DNA of 63,917 bases, the filler included, from Welwitschia mirabilis (taxonomy: Eukaryota), in assembly GCA_051453625.1 (NCBI GenBank). It is 10 parts of one record of this genome, joined end to end, with 100 filler letters (N's around TTAATTAATTAA, not from the genome) between each part and the next. Parts side by side here need not be neighbours in the genome. Positions count along the whole stretch, not along the records: positions 28,541 to 49,891 come from JBOZIK010000001.1; 9 more parts are not named here. One strand, written 5' to 3'. The translations under genes and the position numbers were made by a program. The notes beneath the pieces are model-generated. The model saw nothing but the letters and a program-made list of their open reading frames with translations. It ran no database searches and was not told where the DNA came from. How positions within the stretch are numbered: the first letter of the stretch is position 1; every line of letters starts with the position of its first letter. Below are positions 34,435 to 48,750 of this stretch, one piece after another.

Positions 34435-37429
34435 ATTAGAATTCATATGAGGACATTTTTATTTATTAATACTTTTCCTTAAAAGTTTTTTTATTAAGCC
34501 TCAAGGGCTATCCTTCTATATTATCTTTTCAATGTCCAAAAACTTTGGAGAGTAGCGTTAAAAGCATTTTTTAGGGTTTATGTAAGGTAATTTACATTAA
34601 AAATCCATTTCTAAAGAATAAACAAGAGCATTTTCATAGTATGAAAATAATTTCCAAAAATAAATATATAACTAATTTAGAAAAATAACCATAATATAAC
34701 AAGCATTTAACCTGAAAACAGACCTAAAGAAGAGTATAAGTTTTACTAAAAACTAAATATCATAAATCAAATTAGACTAGACTAGACATCTAGTAATGTA
34801 AAGAGCTAAAATCAATCTAAACCTACCAATTTTAAGAAGAATATCTATTGCAAAAAATAAAATAAACATTACATTACACTACATATGATGTTATTTTCAA
34901 TTAATTTTAAAAGCTAACTAACCAAAACAAAAGCTATTTATAACTAGACATGATAGCATAAATAAAGAAAAAAACAAAATCAGAGGCAAAAGTTTTATTT
35001 ATACAATCCATAAACAAAGCCCTATGGGTAGGGCTAAAATAAAAGAAAAAGTTACATACCCAAAAGGTAAGTCCGACAAGATGGAATTTACAAGAAATAA
35101 ATTTTAACCCATAAACCCTAGTAAAGAAAACAAAACAACTCTGCATCTGCAAGGAGAGATATCAAAGTACCATTTCTAATCCATTGGTGTACCTGCAAGA
35201 GAAAATCTCCAACAACATAGTCTCCATTCCTTTCACCTCTTTAATGTACATTTTGGAATCCCAAGCGCTTCCAAAATGCTATGCAAAAGAGGTTATAGGC
35301 AAGAGAAGTGCTACTGGAATAATATAACAAAAAGAAGAATTTGTAAAAGAAAGAGGAAGGGGGGAATGGATTTGATGGGGGCCATCAAGAAGCTTGATGA
35401 AAGGGATAAATGAAGCTCAATAGATGGGGGCGGCACAGCATGAATCTCCCTACATTTTTCCCCTTATCTCCCTAGCAGTTTGCTTTCATTGTAGTGGAAG
35501 CCCAATAGAGGGTATCCCTTCTAACATTCACATCACCTGGTTGTCTTAACTAGATTCTCACTATTTAACAAGTAAAGCATAAATCCCAGATTTACTTCAA
35601 GGCCAAAGAAATGTTGCCCCACAATTTAAATTTGAGATATTCAAAATATTTAGGAGTAAAAATCAACCAAAACATGGAGAGCTTGAAGAAAAATAAGTAA
35701 CAAATTTTTAAGAATGGATTATTTTAGTAATGCAAGTGAAATAAACATCACTTAAGAAGTAAAAAATTCTTGAACCATACCCAAAAAAAAAAAGGAAAAA
35801 GTACAGATCCTAAAATGAGAAGGTGTCAAGCTGCAAGGGCAAAAAGCTAAAGAAGAACTTGATAAGAATGAGGAAAGAGACAAGGCCTTTAGGTCTCAAC
35901 AAATCTATAGAAAGAGTTCATGAGGTGTCAAGTTTCTGAATGATCACTTGACTTTTCTTTAAACCCCCTTTTCACACTTAGCCTTTTGAGAAAAATAATC
36001 ATAAGAGTAAACCTTTTTTTTAAATAAAGGTAAGGAATGGCTTGTAATTACTATTTAAAACCTTAATGTATGTTTAAAATAACTAATCTTACATAAAAAA
36101 TAATCATCTTTTAATAACATTAACCTTAAACTTTCTCATGCATAAATAACTTGTTTTAAAATTTAATTCTTTTCTTAGCTTGTGAAAGTGAGAGCATGAC
36201 ACAGAGAGCAGGGCAAGGTGATGCAGAAAAGAGCACTGGTGAGCAGGAGCGATAACACATCAGCATCAGGCAACAGAGATTTTTCTTTTTAGTAACTACG
36301 ACTGTAACTAGATTTGCAGAAGGCTGACACCAGCAGGAGGCAACATGGTTGTGCGACAGAGAGAACCCGGTAAGAGGGAGTGGCAGCGGCAAAAGTAGCG
36401 CTACAGCAAACGCAATCGACAATGGAAGTCCAAGCAAGGTGGCTGGGAAGAGACCAGCAACAAGAAGGTGCACAGATCGGTAGCACATAGTGTGAGCACA
36501 ATTAATGGCCGAACGTAAGAACGGTGGGGCAGCAGTGGCAGGGGTGTGATCTGCAGTAAAAATGTGGAGTGGTAAGGAGCTAAGGGTGCACTCGGGAGAG
36601 GATGGCGAGTGGTAGTGGGAGCCACGACCTCCGTAGGGCAGGGAGTGAAGAGCAGCAACCAGCAACAGCGAGAGGTACAGGGCAAGCGCAGAATGGCAAA
36701 CAGGTTGACAACCGATCAAGCGGCAGGAAACACTCGGTGGACAAGCAGACAATGCAGACAGTGAAGAAGAACACTGCCAAAAGGAAAATATATTTTCTTT
36801 GAAAAACATATGTTTTTTTGAAAATAAAAAGACATCCTCTTAAAAATAAATTATGACCCTTAAAAAGATATGTGTATATTTATTTAAAAGTAAATATTTT
36901 TAAATATGACCTTTAAAAGGAGATTTTGATTTTCTTTATAAAAAGAGATACTTTAAAAAATATGTACCCCTTTTAAAAGAAATTTGATTTTCTAGGGGAA
37001 AAACAAAATGTCCCCATTAAAGGATGTGCCTTTGTAAAAGATGGTTGCCCTTTAAAGAAAACATATGCTCATTTAAAAAAATTATATTGTCTTAACAAAT
37101 ACTTTAAAAAAAGGTAGAAAACAGGAGGAAAAATAAGGCGAGGAGTGAGAAAAAAAGGGCCAAAAGAAAGCCTAGGACTCCTTTGAACAGGAACCGAAGA
37201 AACTCCAATGAAGCCACAAGAAGCTCCAAAGCTCAAGGATGGCTAAAGAAAGCTCCACAAGTTCTACTCTAAAGTAGTTGTTGGAAAACATAAGATCAAA
37301 AGCATGACCAAGATTTGTCAAAATGAAAATTTTATTTCTCAAAAAATATTCTCCATCCTTATTATGATGAAGAGCTTGCTTATAAAAGCAAGTACGTCAT
37401 TAGGGTTTCACTAGAGTTTTAATGTTCCC

Positions 37430-39990
37430 TAATAGGTTCCGCCCTCTTTGACTTACTTACTTCCACCTCATCATCCAAGTTATTTTCATGTAACTCACCT
37501 GGTTCCCTTTCTTTGCCCTCCTCTTCTTCATCATCTGGATCCAAACTACTTAAGGGAAAGAATCTATTCTAACTTGTATTTTGACTAAAATCTTTTAACA
37601 TCTGCTTTTGCTTTGGTGGTGGGTTTGTCTTGCGCACCATGTTATTCCTTTCTATGTTTGACCCTGTTTAAGGTCTTATAACTATTTTTGCTTTGCCTTT
37701 TTTCTTCACTGTTTGGAAACCATCCCTATGATTTTTTAGTCTACACTCTTTCACGAGATGTCTAGACTTCTTGCAAATCGAACACAGGGCTATGAAGTAA
37801 ACAGATGAATCATGCCCTTTTCTACCATAGTTCCCACATTTTACTTCCCTTAGCTTGGGGCAAAAACATTAGGAATGACTAAGTGCCATGTAAATCCTGC
37901 AAGGATCTAGGATGTTCTTGCATTCCCCTTTAACCTTATCTACTCTAAAATAATGAATCAACTCAAATTTTCTTAGCTTCTTTGTTAGCTCCAAGTCAAT
38001 CCAAGCACAAAAATGAATCATTACCATTCTATCACTATTGATCATGATTAGATCTAGCTTAATAATTTTTCTAAAGTGCTCAATTAGGGCTTTTATAAAC
38101 TCTTAATTCCACAATGCTAGGCTAATGCCTCTAAGATTTACCTAGACTAGGATCTTTTGAAAAGTTTTTTAAAAATCCTCCCTGGGTTCCACCAGTTGTT
38201 AACATGTAAAAATTAACATTCTAATCAAGTTAATTGATCAGTTTATCTTAATGGAATAAATTAATATAATTGATTCTCTCAAAAACATGTCTTCTATTAA
38301 TTTTCATAATAATTATGAACTTATTGGTTGTTTATAACATTTTCAAGATACTTAGCACATTTGGAGGACATGCTAAAAGGTTGATGACAATCCAGCCTAA
38401 AACACTAGCACTATTGCCCAGGTCACCTGGCACTATTGGCTAATCTACACAAACCGGCTTTATTCTCATGTTCCTTGCTTGTTATAAAAATTGTGATTAA
38501 ATGCATTTATGGGCTTGATCTAATTCTACATATTAAGTAACTTGCATCCTTGATGACATATGGTAGTGATGATGATGATATGTCATAGTAACATGTGGCA
38601 TTGCTAAGTGTGATGACAGTGGAGACACATGATGATGATGGTGATTAGTAGTAGTGGTAGCATCGAGGAGTCAAGTGACCTAATGTCATCATTATATAAT
38701 TGTCCACCTAATGCTACAAGCCAAGGGATTGTAACCACTTCCTATTCCCATCTTTGCCTATAAAAGGGCCTTGAGTCCTCCATTGTAATATCCTTCATTT
38801 GGATAAGTTAGAACCTTAGAGTTTCAAGTTGGAATGGCCTCCTGAGCACCTCTTTGGGAAGTGAGATTATTTCTAAAATAGTCTAAAAAATCCTTTTTAC
38901 TTTCTTTGTCTTTGATGTAATGTGCCTTGTTTTACTAATTTAATACTAAGAAGTTGCTTTCTTTTGATTGTTAATCTCAATTCATATTATACTAGGAATA
39001 CTTAATTAGTAACACAATTATTAAGTTTTATTTGGTTAATTGAGTGAATTCGATTAGTTAATTGGTTTATAACTTAGTAATTTCATGGATTTTTTGTGCT
39101 TTTTAAAGTTCATACTTTTCATTTTTATTACTAGTTATGAAGGATCAATGATTGTCAAATTCACCAACACTCATATGGTAAATGAGATCATGTCACAATA
39201 ACCCAAGATTTCATACTTGATAATCCAAAGTTTATTTCAGGATAAGTGCAGAATATAGTTGAGTGAGGACTTGTGAAGGATGAATTAAGTGATCTCTTGG
39301 AGCTTGCTTATTTCCCTCTTTTCCTATGAAGTTTCAATGAAATTTCTCAATCCCTCTTTTCCCTTTCTTTGAATTTGTACTAGCATTTAAGTAAAAGTTA
39401 TTGTAAACTTCTGAAATTCTACCCTAGTTATCTCCATGGAAAGAACGATACTGAGTGCAAACTCAGTTAAATCTGGTTCACTGTAAGAGATCAAACACTA
39501 GCCAAGGCCAAACCTCTTGCTCTAAAGAACTATAGGCCTTTGAGAATCACACTATTCATATCTTACTCCAATTTGAATAAAATCAACCCCTTTATAATGC
39601 CACCCCTTGAGTTGCCTTGATGTTCATCCATTTCACTGTAACCCATTTTTTAATCATTTCCATGATTCGACATGGCCTAGCTAAAATAAAGTATATGTCA
39701 TAAGCTTAAATGATCCCTCCTCCTTAAAAAATTTCATAAAGAAGGGGGGTTCATAGCTGAACCTAATAACAAAACCTAACTAAGGTATATGTCACTCAAA
39801 CAAAAAACTAACCTCGCCTTAATGAAGTGATAAACCCTCACTACCCTTCCAATGTGAGGAGAATTCTTCCCCTATGCTCCCTCCTCCACCTCTGATCCTA
39901 GTCTCTTGTCTATTATCTTCCACCTACCTACAGCCTTTTTGATCCCTCAAGAGCTTCGCCTTCATCCCTTCCCTCTCTAGATCATATATA
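37430..39990 (-). mobile_element. L1 LINE ORF1 relic (DUF4283-like plus zinc knuckle), split by a solo LTR
   Basis: The minus strand reads VILKGL*FFRARGLAL, then WNP, ILV*VNLRGISLALWN, and CSICKKSRHLVKEC (about 37743-37784). Confidence 0.7.
38197..39497 (+). mobile_element. Gypsy-type (Athila-like) solo LTR, about 1.3 kb
   Basis: TGTT...AAACA termini and cctataaaagg near 38757. Flanks CCAGT/CTAGC are a possible TSD with two transitions. L1 ORF1 continues on both sides. Confidence 0.65.
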
Positions 39991-40049
39991 ACTCATCCTA
40001 GATAGTCATTTGAAAAACAAGAGAATGTGAGATTTTATAAAACAAGATT

Positions 40050-43000
40050 ATTTTAATTAACTCTCCATAGCAAGTTTTTAGAAATTCAGAATTGTTTGAA
40101 TTTCTAGGAAATATACTTTGTTAATAGTGCTTCTATTAAGCCAAAAAACTTTGTGAGCTTAAACTTCAAAGTATCAATTGTAATTTTCTCAAGTTGTTAT
40201 GGAGGTTCTATTTCTTCTTAATTAAATGAAAATTGAATTCAATGGCATTTTAACTCTGATCCTTAAATCATTCTCATTCATGTAGTTAGATATTTCACTA
40301 AGATCTTTAAATCAAGTATTTTTTATTCATATCTCTTTGACCAAATTGCTATTTTCATTTCCTAAAAAGACTAATAAGTTAATTATCATAGTTTGGAGAA
40401 AGATATTAAGGATGAGTTAAAAGTGAATTAGTATGACATGGCTAATGATAAGGCTTCAAAAATGAATAATTTTTTTATGTAATATTATTAGAACTATTAA
40501 GATATTATTAATAAAGATCACTTTAATATAGTTCAAGAAGTCTTACATATAGTCATCTTAGGTCGTCATTTATCTTTTTCTAAAATCAAGTGATTTGAAT
40601 TTCATTTTCTAGTAGAGAGTAATTACTTTACTCAATGTTTCTATTGAGAATCCATTATCATTAATTAATTTAACGCGTTTTTGTAAGTTAGTCTTTTGTG
40701 CAGGTAACTTCTAGCACCGGGCGACTGAGTTATAATATCAGGCGACCGAATGTTCAAAAACTGTAACACTGCTTCAGCAGCAGGCGACCGCATATGACAT
40801 ATCGAGTGACCGAACTAAGACAACATAAAGAAGACAGGTTCAGACATGGACGACTGCCATCCATACACAGGCGACCGCATTTTACTCAGTCAAATCAAAT
40901 ATGATAGCAGTACAGGCGACCGACTGTATTCTTACGGGCGACCAAACGTATTCCTATGGGCGACTGCATCACACGTAGTAAAACCCAACATTATATAAAG
41001 ACAAGCGACCGATAATATTCATACAGGCGATCGCATGACACACAGTAAGAATCTATCTAATAACAGTATGGGCGACCGACAGTTTCTATACGGGCGNNNN
41101 NNNNNNNNNNNNNNNNNNNNNNNNNNNNNNNNNNNNNNNNNNNNNNNNNNNNNNNNNNNNNNNNNNNNNNNNNNNNNNNNNNNNNNNNNNNNNNNNNNNN
41201 NNNNNNNNNNNNNNNNNNNNNNNNNNNNNNNNNNNNNNNNNNNNNNNACCATGCGATGGAAAAATGTAACCATTATGAACACAATGGTTCATTAGCAAAA
41301 GCGCAATGGTTCCTTAGAAAATCGCAACGGTTCATTTCTTCTTGAGGGGATATTCATATATTACATCTTAAGTATAAAAGATCTCCTCTAATCAATAGAG
41401 GACACTAATACTGACTTGTCAAATCTGAGATTGAATAAGGACTGTTATACTTTCTCCTAGCACATATGAACATTCCTCAAAGTTCAGATTTCTGTTGCAC
41501 TTGTATCATTACATTTTCTTAAAAAGAAGATTGATGTACCNNNNNNNNNNNNNNNNNNNNNNNNNNNNNNNNNNNNNNNNNNNNNNNNNNNNNNNNNNNN
41601 NNNNNNNNNNNNNNNNNNNNNNNNNNNNNNNNNNNNNNNNTGTACCTTAGAGATCACATCTGTGCATTACTACATCCTTCTCTATCTTTTGTTCTTGGTT
41701 GAGGATAAGCCATAAAATCCTCATTGGTTGTGAAAGGTTATTTAGTGAGCCTGAAAACCATTCTTGTGTGTGAATATATGCCAGTTAGGACAAGGAGTCT
41801 ACAAAGCTGAAGGGTGGTATCTATCCATGATTAAATACCTTATTTTACTATTTCTTTATACTTATTGTTTTTGCAGGTCGTGAAGAACAAGGAGACAGAA
41901 CTTAAAAGACCTATTCACCCCCTTCTAGGGTCAATCCTCAACTATCAGTTTCTTATAAAATTTTAGCTAAATTTTTAGCTAATAACTTGAAGATCATCCT
42001 AAATAATATTTTTTATATTGAGCTAAGTGGTCATATTAAAGGTACATATATTCTTAAAAATGTTTTATTCACTTGGAAAGGTTTAGCATGTGTAAAGAAT
42101 ATTAATTAATGTATTATATTTCTAAAACTTAATTATTAAAAAGTTTACAATAAAATTGAATGAAATTTTATTATAACATGCATGGAAAACCTAGGATCTG
42201 GAAGGTTTTCATTCATATGATAAATTATTTGTTCATGACTTTAAATTCTTGTGTTGCCACTAAAAGAGGTGTTAATTCCACCTGTCCTATTAAAATAGGC
42301 AAGGATGCACTTCGACTTCTACCATTTTATCATTATAGTAGAATTTTTATGTCATTTTATCTAGAAGAATGAGTAGGATGAACTAATTCATGCTGTTCAT
42401 ATCTATGGAGATCTAAAGAATATTATCAATATATACTTTACAAATAAATCCTCCCTTTTTAGCAAGAATTGTCAAGCTATAATTAATTACCTACTCTCTA
42501 GGACTGATCTTTCTTATTTTCTCTCTAGTTCTAAGATCAATTGGGAAAAGTCTTTAGTTTTTATTCTTTTTAAAAATTATACATGACTTTTTTTTTAACC
42601 ACATAAAATCATTTAAGATGTAAGATGATCAAGATTCTTGAAATTCCCTTTTCTTTTCAAGTGATTTTCTAAGCAACCATGAACTTTTCCATCACTAATT
42701 TATTTTTAAAAGTAGATAAATTAAATCTAAAAATATTATAGTAATTGGAAAATGTTGATCATGTAAAATAATTTTGTTTACTACTTACATATATTATTTC
42801 TCTTATTGGGTCCTTTCTACTTTAAGTTACAAATGAATTAAAAAGCTAGTTTAAGATTTCATGTGATCAAGTAAAAATCATAAGGATTTCATAGAGTTGC
42901 ATGGAGAATTAATTATGTACTTTAAAAAAAATAAGGTTTGGTCTTTTTAAATGCTTTCTATAAGGCATGGTCCTCTATGATATCTGGTTAACTAATTGTT

Positions 43001-44200
43001 TTGACTCTATCGAATGATAGTATAACTTAGTTTTTAAATGATTAAAGCCTTCTTATCCAAAGAATATATCAAGATAAAAAGGGATTCCTTCTATTAACTA
43101 GTTATGTCTTGAATGGGTGTCAAAATTCAAGGATCTATTATCTTGAAAAAATTTTAATTGCATAGGAAGTGATTTATAAGAACATTATTTAGAATAATTT
43201 TTCTATGTATTTTTTAACATTGTAGGATGTAGTTCCATGATAGTTATAATTACATGACACTTCAATTGTTTCTTTAAGACCCAGGTTAGTAGCTCATTAG
43301 TTTAATAAAGATGTGACCTCTATTTCATATCTTCACTTAAATAATCAATAGTTTCATGGAAAATCTTTTAGTAGTTAATAGTGGCTTAAATGAACCAAAA
43401 AAAAAAATAAATCATACACTTTATTTTTGATATTTCTAACATATTTCATGTTTAAGTTAATCATGTTTTACCTTCAAACTTAAGGTAGTGAAAAATGATT
43501 GTCCTTTTTATTCTTAAAAATCGAATACATATTTTATTTAAAAAAAAAAATCTTATTGTGTACTTCTAGAATAAATATCCATTAAGAATCATTGTGATAA
43601 ATTAGGGCATACTCTAGAATTAAAGACTTGATGGATATTAAGAGCTTAAAGCATTTGGAAATTACTGATATAATTTAAAAAAAAATCACTTTTTGATATC
43701 TTGTTCATTAAAGTCTATCTATTAGTAGAATACTTCTTCATGTGAGACTTGTAGTTGGGCCTATTGATGGGATCGTTTACTAAGGGTGGACAAAGGATCA
43801 TAAATCCTTCGGCCAGTCTTCGGTGTTAAACAGGAATGGTGTTGACTCGATGTATTGGATACAATGAAATTGCAAGGACTCTATGAAAACTTTACATTTC
43901 TTTTTATTACAGCCAGCTCAGTGACCACTTGGTTTGAGGCTCAGGTAATTGAACTTTAATCCACTATCATGGCCTCTTTACAATAATGAAGATAGTTTTC
44001 AACATTACTTCATTGATTTCTTTATGGATTGTTGGGATATGGGTTATTATCTTTAAACAATTTCATTCAAACTATAAGCATACTATTCTTGGAGATCTGC
44101 CAAATATTTCAAGGAACTACTTATGCCTTTGAAAGTTTTCTGGCCTTGCATTATTCATGTAATTTGGAAACACTAGTAAGATCATATTTTTTAAAGAATC
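40050..44200 (+). mobile_element. Highly decayed L1 LINE ORF2 (RT region), split by a SIRE solo LTR
   Basis: DKASKMNNF (KAPGxDG-like). RVITLLNVS joins YKILAKFLANNL across the LTR insertion. ELSGHIKG and RQGC (about 42297) follow. The boundaries are approximate. Confidence 0.7.
40642..41947 (+). mobile_element. SIRE solo LTR with a perfect 5-bp TSD
   Basis: TSD GTTTC at 40637-40641 and 41948-41952. Ends cctattcacccccttctagg...actatCA (Sirevirus motif). Contains an array of GGCGACCG motifs at about 40720-41096. Confidence 0.85.
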
Positions 44201-45899
44201 AATAACTTTACTTTTCTAGATGCAAGTCTTCTATTTTTTAAGTATTACTTTTTAAATCCACACTTAGGCAATAATAATTTAGTTAGAGGTTAATTATATC
44301 CTTCAACTATTAAATCATTAGTCAAACAAACCTTGCTCAGTTCATGGGTACCTCCTTAAAATCTACTTACTTCCTCGTGTATCATTTTTATTCAAATCTT
44401 CATGCTAGAGCTTGCATAACCTGTATCAAATGAACAAAGAAAAGACAATAAGAGTGGTTTAATATCACTTGAAAATCATGTAAGAAAGGATGCTTAAATT
44501 TCTTTTATTACATTCAAAGAGTTTATCTTTAGTTATGATGATGTATTACCTAGTCATAGAAATTTTTTTAGTTGTGTTGTCTATATGGCCTTATCATAAT
44601 CTTCTTAACATTTTACTCATTATGTATTTTAAACATTTTTAGTGGTTAGCATTAGATTGCTATTCAAGGTAAAACATCCCCTTTACAAATCAAAAAATGC
44701 ATTAAAATATAAAGGACAATTATACTTAAAATATTTTATTTTTGAAAAAAATCATTATCTTGATTTATCCATGGTACTTAACTTCATAGATTATGGTTTA
44801 GCTCTATAGTATAGTCTTTAATATTTCCTTATAGAAATTTTTTATTCAAATAAAAAAGTTAAAAAATAAAGTTAAAATCTCCATAATAATGAAAGACATA
44901 AATTTATTACTCCATTAAAACATACTTATAATTAAAAAATTATTATCTAACACAAAATTTTTAATTTCCTTTACATTGAAACAAAAAAGTATAAATTACT
45001 ATGAAAAGTAAGGTTGCCAAACTAGTCTTAAAATCATGTGAAGCTTCAATTATCTACTTCTTCATTCGGCTTATTGGATTCAAGTCCTTTTTTAATTCCA
45101 ATTCTATGATTACCAATTTGGGATGTAATATAAGATTCTCTTTAGATTTCAAGTCCTATTGTTTACTTGATAGTGGTTAAATCTCATCGTTTAGTTTCTT
45201 GATTATCTTTTTCAAGTTTGACTTTTTGCTTATTGATTACACCATGTTATGATAATGTATTATTGCATACTTATGGGTTTACTACATTCGAGATGTTGAT
45301 CAATCCTTCAAGATAAGTATTAAAGAATGTGAAGTGGATGTCACCACAGAATATTAAAAGAGTTTAGAGCATCTTAAACAACATAAAGATCATAGATTAA
45401 ATTTTGAGTATTTCATTAACTTAGCTATTATTAATAATACTTTTAATAGAAAATTTGAAGAATAATTAAAGATAAAAAGCCCATGATAATAATGTAAATA
45501 AGGATAGTGGCATATCTTCAAATCATTGCATTTCTCCTATCTCTAAATTTGACCACTAAGGATTATATATTGTGCCCCTTGTCTTACCTATTTCACACAT
45601 TGATGATGAAGTGAACGTGCCTCAAAACATTAGTTTTATTGCAATTTGTTATGGTAATATATATTATTTTCATTTTGTTTTAAATAATGACTTTTGTAAA
45701 CTTCAACTTTTATAAAATATTGTTTCATACTCTTTTTATAACCATTATGTACTTTCTTCACTTGTTCTTGAAATATTCTAAGCCTAGTTTGGATAACCAA
45801 TTTTTTAAAACTATTCATTTTTTTCCTTTTAACTTGAAAATGAGTTTTCTATTTTCTAGTTCTTTAGCTATTGTAATTCATATTATCATTGAAAGATTT

Positions 45900-48750
45900 T
45901 AAGATTCTTTTCTTAGATTCCTACAAAATATGATAAACATGACATATCTTTGAATTCAATGTATTTAAGGTTTAATTATCTCCTAGTAAAGGATGGAAAT
46001 CATCATCCATTAATTCACTAAATATTTGATTATAGTTAAATCATTAATATTTAAATATGTCTCTCTATCCCATTGTTTTGAAAAATGGTATTGTGCATAC
46101 AGTTCTCAAAGCTTTTACTTATAAGTAGTGTTAAATTAGCTCTACCTCATTAATATGGTAATTTTTATTTTTTGATAAGAGATATAAATCCTTATATTAT
46201 AATATAAGTTTGTAGTATAAGATTCAACTTAAAGGGGCAACAAGCTAGCAAATGAGCATCATGCAACCTAAACCAAATAACTTCTACATAGAATAGAAAA
46301 TGAAAATTGGTACATATAGAGGGTAACAAAGGAGCTACCAAGGAAAAAAAAACAAAGGTATGTTGCTTTAAGAATTCTCCCAAAAATATAAGCATCATTT
46401 TTATAAACCACTCATAAGAGAATTTAAAGACATCTATAGATCTATACACCTGCCTAAAGGGGAAGAATCTAGCACTGTGTTTCTTGGAGTGTTAAGTTCT
46501 AGGGATGTCACTTTTGTGAAATGAAACTATTCTATGTTAAGCTAAGTATTTTAATTCACAAAGAGTATGAAACCAAAGAGAGCTTGCAAAGAAGAGCTTG
46601 TCTTGAAAGAGAGATTTATTAGGAGCCTACCAAATCTAATAAAAAAGAATGACTATAAATATGTTCTTAACATGATTCTTCATTTTTTCATAGTGTTATC
46701 TTTAAGATTTAATTATTTAAATTGTATCATTAACATGTTAATTATAATTTATTTCTCTAACATCTAATAACATGTCTTTGCTTTCTTTTTAATCTCTTAA
46801 GAACTTCTTATAATTCCTCTGACTTTGGCTTGAATATTCTTATATTAATTCTTGAAGTGCTAATACTTTCAAGTTTCTTAAGAACTTCAAGCTCTAATTT
46901 TCATCTCACAATAAAAAGCATTTTTTGCATTAGGTTCTTTATTTCTAAATGACATTTATTATAACTTCCTATCAGTAGATCTTTCATAAGGTAAACCAAG
47001 TAACTCAATTATCATAGATTTATAAAAATAACCAATTTTATTAGAATTTATGTTATAAAAATTATCTATTATTTGTATTAAGCCTTGATCTATAAAATCC
47101 ATTGTGAAGGCTATACTCAAATTCTAAAATTAGTGAGTGTGGCAAAGACATCATTGATTTGAAATGATATTAATTTTATTTGCTATTATCATATGGGTAG
47201 AAATTCACTTTAAAACTATTTTTCATTTTTCTATTAATGTATTTATATGAATTGTTTTATCAGTTTAAAACTTATCCTAAATAATTAAGGATATACCACT
47301 AAACATATGTTCAACATCTTCACACCTGTAGATTAGTATTTAGCATCTTTTTAATACTCAATAAAATTACCTTTTTATTAGAATGATTCTTACTTCTAAA
47401 TCTAATGTTTTTATTCAGCATCTTTTTAATACTAAATAAAATTACCTTTGTATTAGAGTGATCCTTAGTTCTAAATCTAATGTTTCTATTCCTATATGTA
47501 TAGACCAAAAACATGACATGATCCTTGTCTAGTTTCAGCTTTGCAACATGCAAAATAATATGATCCAAATTTATCTTCAATACTCTTATATTTATGAATA
47601 AAATTTATAATAGAAATAGAGCTAAGATCATGGATATTAAAGGATGGTGAGAATTTTATTTTAGCCAAAAGACCTTTATGAGGGCTATCTATTTAAGTCT
47701 TTTTATATGTAATCCCTTAAACAAGTATGGGTTCATTTATTTTTCTCATATAATAGAGTATCATGAACCATAGAAGATCAAAGGGAGTGATAATGGTTTG
47801 AGTGAAATCCAAAAATTAAAAGAAAACATAAAAATGATAATTTTTATATATTTCAAAAGTTAATAATCATGTAAAGGAGTAAATTGGATGTCTTTCATTG
47901 CTATCGAAGATTTCTCATAATATTACTTAAAGATGTCCATGAATAAATTGGATGATTAAGAAATGATAAATTAAAAACTATATAAATTACATAAAATGGT
48001 CATGTTCTTAAAAAACTTTGGATTATGATCTTTAATAACAATTAATTATACATAATATAAAACTAGTTATAATAATAACTTTATTAACTACAAAATCATG
48101 AACGTCTTTAAAAAATTACTTGTTCATGAACTTGTATTATTTCCTCAACTTTTTTAATAAAAAATAAAAAATATGCAACTTTAAAATATGTTGTGATTTT
48201 GTTGTCCCTCACAAATCTAAGAAACCCACTTGGGACTATTACATAAAATGCTTATTAATTTATGATTTTTTGGTTATAATTCTATGATACTGTCTAGGAT
48301 TTATAGTTAAGAATTACATATTTATTTATTCTTCATGGACATTTTCTTAACTAGTTAAAATGCCTTCCTTTAAATTGAAAATTATGAGTTCACCAAAAGT
48401 TGTTTCATACTTAGGATTTATCTTCTTCTTTCCTTCATTGTTTTGTTGGAATCGATAATTATGCAGACTTGCAAATGGCTTGAATTTAGTAAAATTTTAT
48501 CCTTCAAGTGTCTTTATTAATCATTATCCTTTGTTCCATGGTAGAAAGGTACATGATATTTATAAACTACATGTCATGGTGTTTTCTTATCGATGAGTTA
48601 TGGTATCAAAACATTTGAATTTTGATAATAAGGTTTGGATTTCACATTCTATTAATGATAGATTAATTATTATAATAGATTGTTATTGGCTTTATATCTC
48701 TAAGATCCATCTCATGGACTAGAAAATCCAATCATTATAGTTAATTTACA
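45900..48750. mobile_element. Very old AT-rich Ty1/copia fragments, mostly minus strand
   Basis: SRDVTFV-like motif near 46500 (+). RT/RNase H-like remnants at about 47000-47900 (-), with a 75-bp tandem duplication at 47342/47417. The motifs are weak. Confidence 0.4.

Noticed and set aside
36156-36809. 217-aa minus-strand ORF and overlapping ORFs as a host gene
   Set aside because: Low-complexity L/S/C/P composition, open in several frames on both strands, and no recognisable domain.
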